Notes: generated by a model from the letters alone, not told the origin. DNA of 64,000 nucleotides from Nostoc sp. DedSLP01 (GCA_034530875.2 JAVRCJ020000006.1:128001-192000); one strand, 5' to 3'; shown: positions 1 through 10,599, counted from the stretch's first letter. Translations and numbers: made by a program.

Positions 1-70
1 TGACTAGGTACTGGTGACTAGGTGCGGGAGAAAAATCTTCCCAATCCCCAATCCCCAATCCCCAACTCCT
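1..70. repeat. STRR-type heptamer repeats (CCCCAAT / GGTGACT variants)
   Basis: cccaatcccca atccccaatc cccaa and tgactagg repeats downstream of acpP. Confidence 0.8.
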
Positions 71-72
71 AA

Positions 73-327
73 TTAAGCTGATGTGGCAACTTTGTCGTTA
101 ATGTAATTTACTGCGTCTTGAACTGTTAGAATTCCTTCGGCAGCTTCGTCGGGAATTTCGATATCAAATTCTTCTTCCAAAGCCATTACTAATTCAACGG
201 TATCTAAGGAATCAGCACCTAAATCTTCCATAAATGTCGATTCTGGTTTGATTTCAGTCTTCTCATCAACACTAAGTTGTTCGGCGACGATTTTTTTAAC
301 TTTTTCAAAAAGTTCATCTTGGCTCAT
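73..327 (-). CDS. acpP: Acyl carrier protein
   Basis: [20 protein letters not shown] phosphopantetheine attachment motif. Confidence 0.98.
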   Translation of the reverse strand: MSQDELFEKVKKIVAEQLSVDEKTEIKPESTFMEDLGADSLDTVELVMALEEEFDIEIPDEAAEGILTVQDAVNYINDKVATSA

Positions 328-770
328 GGATATAAATTCCTCAACTAATTGCTAGGATCTCCTCATCATCGGAGACATTTTTTTGAGCATATACATCTTA
401 TCGTCAAGCGCGATCGCCCGTACACTGCCAAGGGTTTTTCTGTTAGAAAACTCCTGCCCTGACAAAAGAGGACAAAAACAGGGAAAGACAAGGGTACAAG
501 GAGAAATCAATTTTCTTTGAACGCTTGAACATTAGGGCTTAGTACGCCATCGCTCACAGTATGTAAATGCTTTTGTTTTCCGATTGATTATTGTCTGGTA
601 GTCTAGAGAGTCAACTTTGCTAGGTTGAAATTTCTTTGCCTCAGAGTGTCTCCCAAAGTCAGAAACCCGGGAAGCCACCGAGTTGCGACTTCTCTTTGTG
701 TCAGTTATAACACCTCTAAATTAATGCGATAGACTACCAGAGCGATCGCTCTAATTCAAACTATAGTTAT

Positions 771-1682
771 ATGCTATCTCAGACACTAAAATACGCTTAC
801 TTTCCTGGCTGTGTTGCCCAAGGTGCATGTCGGGAACTTTACCAGTCAACTCAAGCCCTAACTCAAGCACTGGGTATTCAACTGATTGAACTCAAAAAAG
901 CTGCTTGCTGTGGTTCCGGTACGTTTAAAGAAGATTCCCAACTGTTGGAAGATACAGTTAACGCCAGAAATATAGCCCTTGCAGAAGAATTAAATCTGCC
1001 GTTACTGACACATTGCAGCACTTGCCAAGGTGTTATCGGTCATGTCAACGAACACCTCAAGGAATGCCAAACTACTAACCCTGCCTACATCGAACAAGTC
1101 AATGGTTTGCTGCATAAAGAAGGCTGTTCGCCTTATCGCGGCAGTACTGACGTTAAGCACCTCCTCTATGCCTTGGTAACAGATTACGGTTTAGAGGAAA
1201 TTACCAAACGCGTAACTCGCAAGTTAAGTGGATTAAAATGCGCGGCTTTTTATGGCTGTTATCTCCTCCGCGCTCAAAAGTCTATGCCTTATGACGACCC
1301 TTACCGCCCAGAAGCAATGGAAAATATGTTTCGGGCGGTGGGTGCAACACCAATTTATTACCGAGGTCGGACGCAATGTTGTGGCTGGCCGCTTTCTAGT
1401 TATGCCACTACCCAATCTTTTAAGATGGCGGGGATGCACATTCAAGAAGCCATAGCTTCTGGTGCCGACTGTATGGTTACACCTTGTCCTCTGTGCCACT
1501 TAAATTTAGATTCTCGTCAGCCAGAGGTGGAAAAGGTAATTGGAGAAAAGCTAGGTTTACCTGTGTTGCACTTACCCCAGTTGATTGCTTTGGCTGTGGG
1601 AGTGAGTCCAAAAGAACTGGGTTTAGAACGTCATATTGTTTCGACAAAGCCAGTGTTAGAGAAATTGGGCTTTGCTTTATAG
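771..1682 (+). CDS. CCG-domain protein, HdrB/SdhE family (heterodisulfide reductase B-like / succinate dehydrogenase anchor)
   Basis: YFPGC...CCG...C-xx-C and FYGC...CCG...CPLC, two CCG domains. Confidence 0.9.
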   Translation: MLSQTLKYAYFPGCVAQGACRELYQSTQALTQALGIQLIELKKAACCGSGTFKEDSQLLEDTVNARNIALAEELNLPLLTHCSTCQGVIGHVNEHLKECQTTNPAYIEQVNGLLHKEGCSPYRGSTDVKHLLYALVTDYGLEEITKRVTRKLSGLKCAAFYGCYLLRAQKSMPYDDPYRPEAMENMFRAVGATPIYYRGRTQCCGWPLSSYATTQSFKMAGMHIQEAIASGADCMVTPCPLCHLNLDSRQPEVEKVIGEKLGLPVLHLPQLIALAVGVSPKELGLERHIVSTKPVLEKLGFAL

Positions 1683-1756
1683 AGACGCGATTAATCGCAT
1701 CTATACAATAGTCATTAGTCATTGAGAAAAGACCAAGAATTAATGACTAATGGCTT

Positions 1757-2806
1757 TTACTGGCTATTGTTGAATTTACGCTGTAATTGTTTTAAGGATT
1801 GATAAATATCTGGCAAACGATTATAAATGGCTGATGCTTTGAGATATATTTTGTGGGAGACTGCGGGAGTTCCAGAGACAATTTCTCCGGGTGCAACGTC
1901 GCTGTGAATGCCACTTTGAGCAGATCCGATCGCCCCATCTCCGATTTTCACTTGATTGGCGATTCCTGCTTGTCCAGCTAAAATTACGCGATTCCCAAGT
2001 TTGACGCCTCCAGCCATACCAGCCTGACCTGCAATTGCACAAGCAGCACCGATTTGGCAGCCATGACCGATTTGCACTAAGTTGTCAATTACTGTATCAC
2101 GCCCGATTCGTGTTTCTCCTACAGCTGGGCGGTCAACGGCGCTATTGCAGCCAATTACTACGCCATCTTCTAAGACTGTATAGCCGGATTGTTCCATTTT
2201 GAACCACCCAGTACGGGTAGGAACAAAGCCAAAGCCTTCTGCACCAATGACGGCGCCGCTATGAATTACGCAATCTGCACCGATGTGGCTGCGTTCGTGG
2301 ATGGTGCAATTGGCGTGTAAGATAGTGCGATCGCCGATTTTGACGTCTGGATAAATCGCTACATTCGGATGGATAATTGCACTATTACCAATTTCTACTC
2401 TTTGTTCAATGACAACATGAGGGCCGATATAAACATCGCTACCAATTTTGGCCGTAGGGTGAATTACAGCAGTGGGATGAATTTCTGGGACGGGGCGATA
2501 TGGTTGGTAAAAAATGGCGATCGCTTTAGCAAACAACAATCGCGGTTCGGGAGTACTCAACCAGACGATACCACGTTCTTGTGCAAGCTCCTGTGTTTTT
2601 TCATCCTGGGGCAAAATTAAGGCACTGGCATTGGTCTTAGCCACAAAAGATGTAAATTTCGTTCCCTCTACGTAGCTGAGAGTACCGACAGTAGCTTCAT
2701 CAATAGCTGCTACTCCTGTAATGTCTGGGTCATTGTTGGGATTGATGTTCGGGCTATGAGCCGTAGCTGCATCGCCTAATTGGTGTAGGATTTCGCTGAA
2801 TTTCAT
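1757..2806 (-). CDS. lpxD: UDP-3-O-(3-hydroxymyristoyl)glucosamine N-acyltransferase
   Basis: Hexapeptide repeats, IGAEGFGF, IDNLVQIGH; start taken at MKFSEIL (2806). Confidence 0.96.
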   Translation of the reverse strand: MKFSEILHQLGDAATAHSPNINPNNDPDITGVAAIDEATVGTLSYVEGTKFTSFVAKTNASALILPQDEKTQELAQERGIVWLSTPEPRLLFAKAIAIFYQPYRPVPEIHPTAVIHPTAKIGSDVYIGPHVVIEQRVEIGNSAIIHPNVAIYPDVKIGDRTILHANCTIHERSHIGADCVIHSGAVIGAEGFGFVPTRTGWFKMEQSGYTVLEDGVVIGCNSAVDRPAVGETRIGRDTVIDNLVQIGHGCQIGAACAIAGQAGMAGGVKLGNRVILAGQAGIANQVKIGDGAIGSAQSGIHSDVAPGEIVSGTPAVSHKIYLKASAIYNRLPDIYQSLKQLQRKFNNSQ

Positions 2807-2914
2807 TACTAAAAAACGCAAATAAAGTTCTAGAGTTATTACATCAGTAACACGCTAAGATACCATTGCCTTTGGCGATCGGCAATTATGCTGATACATA
2901 TAAATGAATCTAAA

Positions 2915-2975
2915 TTAATTACGAATTACGTTAGCGCAGCCGGGCCTAGCCCATTACGAATTACGAATTATTTCG
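2915..2975. repeat. AATTACG heptamer (STRR) arms around a short GC-rich core
   Basis: aattacgaattacg ... cattacgaattacgaatt. Confidence 0.7.
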
Positions 2976-3011
2976 TTAATCTACAATCTTTGACTTGAGA
3001 TTTTTAGGAAA

Positions 3012-3722
3012 ATGTTGCGACTTTATCATTTACTACTAGGTTTTATTTTGCTGCTCTTAATCCCGGTAGGAGCAAAATTTATTTTTGCAAACAAACAGAC
3101 GAATCCCCCCGCAGTGTCAAGAGTTTCTAAAGCTGATGAGGGAAATACCTGGCAGAAAATTCTGGGAAATATTAGCGCTCCAACTAACTGGCAAGTTGCC
3201 ATTTGTAATGAAAATGTGCGCTTGTTGTGTGTTTCTTCTAAAGGAAAAGTTTTAGGTACAGTTGAGATTAACGTTTACCCATTAGAAAAGATTCCGGATT
3301 TTCAGAAGAAACTTGTGACTGCGGGTATTCCAACTGGTTCTCAAAGTGACTACCAAAGTTCTAAATACCAAACTCAGCTTTTGGCTGCACTCAAGGCTTG
3401 GGTCGAAGATAACTATGCTACTTTTGCCAAAGACCGTCAAGCTCAATATGGAAGAGATATTATTTTATCAACCTACCCGCCGCAACCAGTACCAGTAGGT
3501 AAACTTCAGGGAATGCGCTATGGCTTCGCCGCACTTAACCAACAAGGTGGAGTACAAGAGCAACATATCGGTCATGTTGCCTTTGATGGCATTAAACTTT
3601 ACGTAATTACCACTGCCTTTGATTCAGGTACGCAAACAGGTAAGTTTGACAAACTGGAGAATTTGGCTATTTTTCAACCTTATTTATACGCGATCGCCGC
3701 AGATTTGCGTTTGCCGCAGTAG
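3012..3722 (+). CDS. Hypothetical exported or membrane-anchored protein
   Basis: 236-aa ORF with N-terminal hydrophobic helix. Confidence 0.75.
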   Translation: MLRLYHLLLGFILLLLIPVGAKFIFANKQTNPPAVSRVSKADEGNTWQKILGNISAPTNWQVAICNENVRLLCVSSKGKVLGTVEINVYPLEKIPDFQKKLVTAGIPTGSQSDYQSSKYQTQLLAALKAWVEDNYATFAKDRQAQYGRDIILSTYPPQPVPVGKLQGMRYGFAALNQQGGVQEQHIGHVAFDGIKLYVITTAFDSGTQTGKFDKLENLAIFQPYLYAIAADLRLPQ

Positions 3723-3925
3723 GGATTGGGGATTGGGGACTGGTGACTGGGGACTGGTGACTAGGGATTAGGGATTGAGGATTAGGGAGTGGGGAGATGG
3801 AGAGATGGGGATTAGGAAAGGAGAAGTTGTAGTAGTCTTTGCCTCTGCTTCTTATGCCCAGCCCCAAGTCACTAGCCCCCAGTCTCTAGTCACCAGTCAC
3901 CAGTCCCCAGTCCCCAGTCCCCGAT
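3721..3925. repeat. STRR cluster (GGGGATT/GGGGACT arms and inverse CCAGTCA/CCAGTCC arms)
   Basis: Many heptamer copies in inverted orientation between convergent genes. Confidence 0.9.
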
Positions 3926-3929
3926 TGCC

Positions 3930-4817
3930 CTAAATCTCAGCTACCGCCCGTTCAATTAAGCGACGTGACAAAGTTTGCGTACCTGTGTGTTCGTAATAAT
4001 TGGTCGATACATCCAAGAACGCGGCTAGATAGTCTAATTTGTCGTCGGCAACATCCATAAAACCTTGCAAGTGATGAGCAACTTTTTGTGGAGTTAAATT
4101 ATTGGCGTTGACTAGCCCACTCATCCAACCTTTAACTGAGTCAAAGCTTTCGCCGATAAAATTGAGTTTGCTGCCAGCATTGTTACCTGGAATCACATCT
4201 TTGATGTTTTGGAAAGTTGAGTTTTGCTCTAATTCCTGGGGATTTGTCTGATTGAGTCCAGATATTGCTTTGCTGATGAAGTCCGGGCCTAGAGGTATCA
4301 AACCATCAACACAAACTAACGCCACCATACGGATGAGCGATTCACCGCTATATTCTCCCAACGAGGCGACAAAATCCCCAATACTGTCTCCAGGAATGCC
4401 GTTAATTTGGCAGAAGGCTATCAACTCAGCGACTAATTTTAGTGTCAAATCGATAGTTTGGGCTTTGTCAGGTTTGGGAGTGACAGAATTTAAAAAACCT
4501 AACAAAGGAATTTTTTCGCCGACTTTGTTAGCTAAAGCTGCTGCACCAAGGGCTTTATCTGTATTATCAACGGTTTGATACAGCCACAAAGCGGTTTGAT
4601 AGCCTTGGGATTTGTCATTGAATAAATAAATGGCTCGTTCGCCAATTTGCTGAATTAAATCTTCGTCTGTTTCGAGAGTGACTGTCTTAATAGTGTTGAC
4701 GAAACCAACTGTATTTTGCCACTCCCCAGGAGCAACAAAGTCGAGCGATTTTAACAGAGAAACAGTCAAGCCGCTGGTTGGTAATTCATCAACCAACTGA
4801 AAAATCGATTTGCTCAC
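3930..4817 (-). CDS. Conserved hypothetical protein
   Basis: 295-aa ORF, RBS-like AGGAG upstream, co-oriented 48 bp after the lipoprotein gene. Confidence 0.8.
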   Translation of the reverse strand: MSKSIFQLVDELPTSGLTVSLLKSLDFVAPGEWQNTVGFVNTIKTVTLETDEDLIQQIGERAIYLFNDKSQGYQTALWLYQTVDNTDKALGAAALANKVGEKIPLLGFLNSVTPKPDKAQTIDLTLKLVAELIAFCQINGIPGDSIGDFVASLGEYSGESLIRMVALVCVDGLIPLGPDFISKAISGLNQTNPQELEQNSTFQNIKDVIPGNNAGSKLNFIGESFDSVKGWMSGLVNANNLTPQKVAHHLQGFMDVADDKLDYLAAFLDVSTNYYEHTGTQTLSRRLIERAVAEI

Positions 4818-4865
4818 AAAAGTCTCCTTATTTCAGGTTTATTATGCTGATGTTGGCAATGCGGC

Positions 4866-5375
4866 TCATTTGAGTTTGGCTATACCATTGAGGTTAAATT
4901 TTTCTATCCAATCTGCGCGATCGCTAGCTGTAAATGACTTATCGCGGGAAAGTATTTTTACTTGGTACTTGCCTACTAAAATCGCAGTTTGCGTGCTACC
5001 TATTTCTACTGCCGGATAACCACCAATTTTTTTGGTGCTTTTCGAGAACTTTGCTGCTGCTGCTGGCGTGCTGGTGGTATCGGAAACAGACAGCAAAGCT
5101 ATATCTTTACCGCCTTTTTTCAACTTGGCTTCAGCAAAACCTTTTTTCTCTTGGGTAAACACCCGCTGGTAGCCATCGCTGGCTGCTGGGAAAAATTTGT
5201 TAAATTCGCTACCTTGAGTTGCGTTTTTAGCAACAGCTTGACCGCTTTTTTGGCGACTGCTTTCTTGCTGCGCTTGGTCAAAACGTCCCGGTGTTTTGGG
5301 ACTACACGCTGCTGTCAGCAATAGTACTGAGAGTAGCAACGCAGTTAAAACTCTACGCCCACGGTATAAAATCAT
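4866..5375 (-). CDS. Hypothetical lipoprotein
   Basis: Signal peptide with lipobox LTAAC. Confidence 0.8.
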   Translation of the reverse strand: MILYRGRRVLTALLLSVLLLTAACSPKTPGRFDQAQQESSRQKSGQAVAKNATQGSEFNKFFPAASDGYQRVFTQEKKGFAEAKLKKGGKDIALLSVSDTTSTPAAAAKFSKSTKKIGGYPAVEIGSTQTAILVGKYQVKILSRDKSFTASDRADWIEKFNLNGIAKLK

Positions 5376-5476
5376 TGTTGGATTCTCCTGATACTTGAGC
5401 TTTGAGGCAATTATCTGCGCTGCTAGTAATTTTGGCCGGAAAATTTACTTTTTGATAATGATTGCTGGATATTTAC

Positions 5477-5590
5477 AGCAGGAGGCAAGAGGCAGGAGGC
5501 AGAAGGCAGGAGGCAGAAGGCATGGGAAGAAAGGGGGCATAAATTCTCTTTCTCCCCACACTTCCCTATTTCCCCATCTCCCTGCCTTCT
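5477..5590. repeat. GGCAGGA/GGCAGAA heptamer repeats with palindromic partner arm
   Basis: gcaggaggcaagaggcaggaggcagaagg... then ctcctgccttc. Confidence 0.8.
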
Positions 5591-6235
5591 TCACTTGCGG
5601 TAAGCGATGACTGCATAAAACGGATCTCCTCCGGGTGCGCCCAACCACTGTAAAAAGTTCGGTAATGTTGATTTCTGAACGATAACTTCTGGGGTGGTAA
5701 ATCCTGGAACTGAAGCGAAGTAACCCTTGACTAATTCGACTCGTTGTGTTTCTGAAGCATCGCGCCAAACTTGAATTGCCTTTTGAAAGAACATACGGTT
5801 GGAAAAGCTGATAATGGCGACACCACCAGGTTTGAGGATGCGGTGAATTTCAGAAAATATTGCTTCTGGATATTGTATGTATTGCACAGATACGCAATTG
5901 AGAACCGCGTCAAAATCTTCGTTTGGCAAGGGAAGCTGGGGATTTTCGTTGAGATTTTGCACAAAGTAACGATTGAAGCGGGGGTTACGTGCTAGTTCTT
6001 CGGCGTTGAGTCCGTGTCCCTCTACATGGGAAAATTCCATCTCTTCTGGCAGATGAGATACCCAGCTGCTCATCATATCAAAGATGCGGGTGTTGGGTTT
6101 GAGGCGATCGCGATATAAATCCGTTAGCTGTTGAATAAAACCTTCATCGACATGGGTGACGAAGCGCGGATAGGCATAAAATAAGCGATCGTCTGTATCA
6201 TCTAGTTTGAGGCGATCGTTCGGTCTTAGCTGCAT
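5591..6235 (-). CDS. Class I SAM-dependent methyltransferase (type 11-like)
   Basis: FYAYPRFVTHVD, DMMSSWVSHLP, ISFSNRMF motifs; start taken at MQLRPNDR. Confidence 0.88.
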   Translation of the reverse strand: MQLRPNDRLKLDDTDDRLFYAYPRFVTHVDEGFIQQLTDLYRDRLKPNTRIFDMMSSWVSHLPEEMEFSHVEGHGLNAEELARNPRFNRYFVQNLNENPQLPLPNEDFDAVLNCVSVQYIQYPEAIFSEIHRILKPGGVAIISFSNRMFFQKAIQVWRDASETQRVELVKGYFASVPGFTTPEVIVQKSTLPNFLQWLGAPGGDPFYAVIAYRK

Positions 6236-6335
6236 AAATCTCTCGTGTAGATAACTTTTTTCCAAGATTGCGGCAATTTCAGGTATTTTTAAACCAGCCC
6301 TATGTAACATATTTTAATAAAACTAAGACACATAC

Positions 6336-6560
6336 GGCAGAAGTCAGGAGTCAGGAGTCAGAATTCAGGAGTCAGGAGTAAAACAAGTTTTATTTGTGGC
6401 TTTTAGAGCTAGTTTGTGGTAAACATTCATGAGTCAGGAGCCAGAATAGTTGAAAAATTAATGATTGTATGCTTGCTTAATTCCGTACAAACATCGAGTT
6501 TAGGTATCTCAGCCTGATTAATTCTGAATTCTGAATTCTGAGTTCTGAATTCTGACTTCT
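6336..6560. repeat. Composite STRR element (AGTCAGG arms ... TTCTGAA arms)
   Basis: agtcaggagtcaggagtcagaattcagg ... attctgaattctgaattctgagttctgaattctgac. Confidence 0.8.
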
Positions 6561-6590
6561 TATTGCAGCATTTATTTATTACAAATATCA

Positions 6591-8252
6591 ATGTTTTATA
6601 AATCACAATTATTGCAGTATATTTGGCGTAAAATCCTGCTTTTGGCATCATTCCCTTATTTGAGTTTATTACTTTGGATACTACCTTTATTAATATTTAC
6701 TTCTGGGCATAATAGTCTGATAGCACATGATGAAGCGCTTTACGCTTCCCGCGCGCGCCTGATGTTTGATTCTGGTGATTGGATAGCACCTTGGCAAAAG
6801 GCACATCATAAAACACCAGGCCCTTATTGGTTAATTGCCAGTTCTTACAAGCTGTTTGGTATCAATGATATTAGCGCGCGTCTTCCTAGTATGGTTGCAG
6901 GAATTTTATGCTTATGGCTTGTATATGAAATCGGCAAAATTATCCTGGGTAAAAAATTAGCTTGGCTTGCTGCTGCTATTTTAAGTGTGGAATTTCTCTG
7001 GTTGCAATATTCTCGATTGAGTACGCCTGATGTACCTTTAGTTTTATTGGTACTTTTAGCTATTTTGTCTTTTATCAAAGCAGAATTAAATCCCGTATCC
7101 CGCAAATTTTGGACTTTGCTTGCTGGTTTTAGTTTAGGCTTAGGCTTTTTAGTTAGAAGCTTTATGATTTTTGTGCCAATTATAGCTTTATTACCTTATT
7201 TAATTTGGAACCATCGCCGTCATCGTCATCTTACCAACCCAATTCTATATTTAGGATTTTTTATCGGTTTAATTCCTACTTTCGTTTGGTTATGGCTTTG
7301 TTGGTTACATTATGGTAATCAGAGCTTTGAGGAATTGTACAAGTTTTTTGTATATCAAAGTACTAATGGTAATGACAATTATCAAACAAATTTCTTATTT
7401 TATGTCTGGAATATTCCCTTAAAAGCATTCCCCTGGGCTTTTTTTGGAATTTTAGGTCTATTTTTGGTTTTACGCCATCCTGTTCGCTACAATTTATTAT
7501 TCGTAGGATTTCCACTAGTCTTATTTATTGAAATTAGTATTTTTACTACTCGTTTCTCTCACTATAGTCTTTTCCTTTATCCGTTCGTGGCTTTGTTTGC
7601 ATCTGTGGGTTTAAACTGGCTAGGCAAAATTTATGAGTTAGAAATACCCCCACAATTTCCTCTTCAGAAAGGTAAAAAGAAATTATTAAATTTTTTTGCT
7701 AAAAATAATCTTCCGCGAAACCTTAGTTATGGCTTTGGTGGATTTGGTGTTTTACTTGTCATCGCCAGTTTTGCGATTTTTGGTTGGGGTAGTTCTGATA
7801 TCCGTAAGTATGCAATTATTGGTTTGGCGATGGGGTTGGGTTGGTTAATTTTACCTGTAGTCTGGATTGGTCGTTATCGCTTTGGTAAAAAGTTTCTCAC
7901 GAGTCGTTACTGGGTTGCAGGTTGGTTAATTCCCTGTTGGTTAGCTTTGGCGGCAATGGGTTGTGTAGGCTTGTTCAGTGACTATAATCCTGCTTTAAGA
8001 ATTTTTCTGCAACAAAGTACGATCGCTTCTATTTTGAAAACAAATCCGATATACTTTGTGCACATGGATGATAAAGTTCAAGTCCTTCTGGATTTCTATA
8101 TTTCTATTGATGAAAAACCAGTAAACTCTATCTCCGAAGTACCACCTTTTGCCTATGCTTGGATTTATCTTGATAAATCCCCTCAATTATCCAGACCTCA
8201 CCGCAGTCTCGGTACTGTCAAAGAGTACCAGTTTATTCAATTACTAAATTAG
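6591..8252 (+). CDS. Glycosyltransferase family 39/83 (ArnT/PMT-like) membrane protein
   Basis: HDEALY, HHKTPGPYW, ARLPS, TPDVP motifs; many TM helices. Confidence 0.9.
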   Translation: MFYKSQLLQYIWRKILLLASFPYLSLLLWILPLLIFTSGHNSLIAHDEALYASRARLMFDSGDWIAPWQKAHHKTPGPYWLIASSYKLFGINDISARLPSMVAGILCLWLVYEIGKIILGKKLAWLAAAILSVEFLWLQYSRLSTPDVPLVLLVLLAILSFIKAELNPVSRKFWTLLAGFSLGLGFLVRSFMIFVPIIALLPYLIWNHRRHRHLTNPILYLGFFIGLIPTFVWLWLCWLHYGNQSFEELYKFFVYQSTNGNDNYQTNFLFYVWNIPLKAFPWAFFGILGLFLVLRHPVRYNLLFVGFPLVLFIEISIFTTRFSHYSLFLYPFVALFASVGLNWLGKIYELEIPPQFPLQKGKKKLLNFFAKNNLPRNLSYGFGGFGVLLVIASFAIFGWGSSDIRKYAIIGLAMGLGWLILPVVWIGRYRFGKKFLTSRYWVAGWLIPCWLALAAMGCVGLFSDYNPALRIFLQQSTIASILKTNPIYFVHMDDKVQVLLDFYISIDEKPVNSISEVPPFAYAWIYLDKSPQLSRPHRSLGTVKEYQFIQLLN

Positions 8253-8319
8253 TCATCAGTCATTAGTCATTAGTGATTTTCTCCTCTACCCCTCGCTCCC
8301 AGTCCCTAAAAAACAGCTA

Positions 8320-8348
8320 TTGCCAAAATCAACTAATTTAGATAGCAT
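8320..8348 (+). promoter_or_regulatory. Putative sigma70-type promoter of marR
   Basis: TTGCCA-17 nt-TAGCAT, 32 nt upstream of the ATG. Confidence 0.55.
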
Positions 8349-8350
8349 AT

Positions 8351-8374
8351 AAATATTACGTATGCGAAGTATTT
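8351..8374. promoter_or_regulatory. Candidate MarR operator 1
   Basis: Imperfect palindrome AAATATTACGTATGCGAAGTATTT, repeated at 8904. Confidence 0.6.
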
Positions 8375-8380
8375 TACTAA

Positions 8381-8848
8381 ATGATTACTACATCTAATCA
8401 ATCTCCAGCTTTAGAGCCGTGGCAGCAAAATCTGGCACCATACAATTTGGGCTACAGAATCAAATTACTGTCTCAACTCATTGGACGCAGGTTTACTGAC
8501 AGACTAGAACCCTTTGGCTTGACGCCATTTCACTGGTTGGTTTTGTGCTGTCTTTGGCAAGAAGATGGTTTGCCTACTTCTAGTATTGGGGACAAACTCA
8601 AACAAGTAGGCGGTACTTTAACTGGGGTATTAGACCGGATGGAAGAACGGGGTTTGGTGCGTCGAGAACGCGATACTCAAGACCGCCGCATCTGGCGAAT
8701 CTGGCTAACGGATGCAGGTAAGGAACTGCAAACGGTCTTACCTCCAATCGCCGCAAATGTCCGTGATGAAGCGATGGACGGTATTTCCCCTGCCGACCGA
8801 GAATTCTTTTCCCAACTCGTGAATCGAGCGATCGCTAACCTATCTTAA
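8381..8848 (+). CDS. MarR family transcriptional regulator
   Basis: LTGVLDRMEERGLVRRERDTQDRR...LTDAG wHTH signature. Confidence 0.95.
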   Translation: MITTSNQSPALEPWQQNLAPYNLGYRIKLLSQLIGRRFTDRLEPFGLTPFHWLVLCCLWQEDGLPTSSIGDKLKQVGGTLTGVLDRMEERGLVRRERDTQDRRIWRIWLTDAGKELQTVLPPIAANVRDEAMDGISPADREFFSQLVNRAIANLS

Positions 8849-8903
8849 GTATCGTCCCACAATCACCCAACTGGGGGAGGCAACATTAAGATTTATTTTG
8901 GCA

Positions 8904-8924
8904 AAATATTACGTATACGAAATA
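8904..8924. promoter_or_regulatory. Candidate MarR operator 2
   Basis: AAATATTACGTATACGAAATA, 17/18 identical to operator 1 over the first 18 nt. Confidence 0.6.
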
Positions 8925-9010
8925 AAAGCCGGAGAAAGTCTCGTAAATCAATAATACGTATTCTAAATAAACGTCAGTTAATTAAATCATTCTGCAAGGA
9001 GTTAAAAATT

Positions 9011-10504
9011 ATGGGTGCCAATACTTTAAACGGACGCAAAGATAACAGAACCCCAGTTTTAGAACCAGAATTGATTAAAGATTCAGAAACTTTAGAAGCT
9101 ATGACCGCACAGACAACGGAAGCGCCTGTTGTCACTCCCAATAAAGAGACAGCGCAAGCACCTGTCGTCACTCCCGAGGTAGAGAAAGAAGTTCCACCGA
9201 AGCGTAAAAAACCCATTGGTTTGATTTTGGCAGGATTAGGCGTAGGTGCGATCGCCGCAGGTGCTTTTGGCTATAACTATTGGCAATATTCCTCTACCCA
9301 CCAAGAAACAGATAACGCCACAGTTGTGGGAAACATTCACCAAGTTAGCAGCCGCATCCCCGGAACTGTAACCCAGGTGCTGGTGAACGACAATCAACTG
9401 GTGCAACCGGGACAATTGTTAGTCAAGTTAGATCCGCGGGACTACGAAAGTAAAGTCCAACAAGCGCAAGCAGCCTTAGAAAATGCTCGCGGTCAGGCGC
9501 AAGCTGCCCAAGCGAATATCGCTTTAGCTTCACAAACCACCAGCGGTAAGACAACTCAGGCGCAAGGAGATGTCAGCAACGCTGTAGCGGCAATTTCCAC
9601 CGCCCAAGCAGCGGTCCAAGAAGCGCAAGCTGGAATACCAGCGGCGCAAGCAGAAGTGAAGTTAGCCCAAGCTGGAATTCCTGCCGCCCAAGCGCAGGTA
9701 GCCCAAGCAAATGCCAACTTGGAAAAAGCCCAAGCAGATTACAACCGTTATAACGAATTGTATCAATCGGGTGCGATCGCTCGCCAGCAATTAGACACAG
9801 CTAAAGCAGCATATAATGTGGCTGTAGCGCAGAAAAATGCTGCCGTTCAGGGTGTAGAACAAGCGCAAGCGAGATTATCCTCAGCTAAAGTTGGCGTCGC
9901 CAAAGCCCAATCTCAATTAGCACAAGCCCAAGAAAGTGTAGTCAGCGCCCAAGCACAATTGGCTGCATCCAAGGGAGGATTGCAACAAGCGACAGCAGGC
10001 GGCCAAGATACAGCAGTCAAACGCAACCAATACGAAGCAGCCAAAGCAGCGATCGCGCAATCAGAAGCATCTCTGAAAGACGCTCAATTGCAACTATCTT
10101 ACGTTAATATTACGGCTCCTAGTGCCGGACGCGTGGGTAGAAAGAACGTCGAAGTTGGTAACCGAGTTGCAGCGGGAACGCCGTTAATGGCGATCGTCGA
10201 TAATCAAAATTGGGTAGTTGCAAACTTCAAAGAAACCCAATTAGAAAACATGCGGCCGGGAGAACCGGTAGAAATCAAACTGGATAGTTTCCCTCATCAC
10301 ACCTTTACTGGTCATGTTGATAGTATTTCGCCAGCTTCCGGCGCTCAGTTTGCCTTATTGCCACCAGATAACGCTACAGGTAACTTTACCAAAATTGTAC
10401 AGCGCATCCCAGTCAAAATAGTTTTTGACCAAAAGAGTATTCAAGGATACGAATCGCGGATTACACCAGGTATGTCTGCGGAAGTTGCAGTGGAAGTTAA
10501 GTAA
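9011..10504 (+). CDS. EmrA/HlyD family efflux periplasmic adaptor
   Basis: TM anchor, long Ala/Gln coiled coil, FALLPPDNATGNFTKIVQRIPV. Confidence 0.95.
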   Translation: MGANTLNGRKDNRTPVLEPELIKDSETLEAMTAQTTEAPVVTPNKETAQAPVVTPEVEKEVPPKRKKPIGLILAGLGVGAIAAGAFGYNYWQYSSTHQETDNATVVGNIHQVSSRIPGTVTQVLVNDNQLVQPGQLLVKLDPRDYESKVQQAQAALENARGQAQAAQANIALASQTTSGKTTQAQGDVSNAVAAISTAQAAVQEAQAGIPAAQAEVKLAQAGIPAAQAQVAQANANLEKAQADYNRYNELYQSGAIARQQLDTAKAAYNVAVAQKNAAVQGVEQAQARLSSAKVGVAKAQSQLAQAQESVVSAQAQLAASKGGLQQATAGGQDTAVKRNQYEAAKAAIAQSEASLKDAQLQLSYVNITAPSAGRVGRKNVEVGNRVAAGTPLMAIVDNQNWVVANFKETQLENMRPGEPVEIKLDSFPHHTFTGHVDSISPASGAQFALLPPDNATGNFTKIVQRIPVKIVFDQKSIQGYESRITPGMSAEVAVEVK

Positions 10505-10599
10505 TACCAAAGTGCTTTCTGCCTCTGACTTGAGAGAGGCGTCTCTAGATGAGGCGAGATGATATTTATGAAAGCAGATTGGTATAAAACAAACTTGAT

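Noticed and set aside
3667..3867. Short ORFs over STRR arrays (also 5395-5610, 6427-6651, 25745-26142, 31107-31379, 32552-32973)
   Set aside because: Low-complexity translations of heptamer or palindromic repeats
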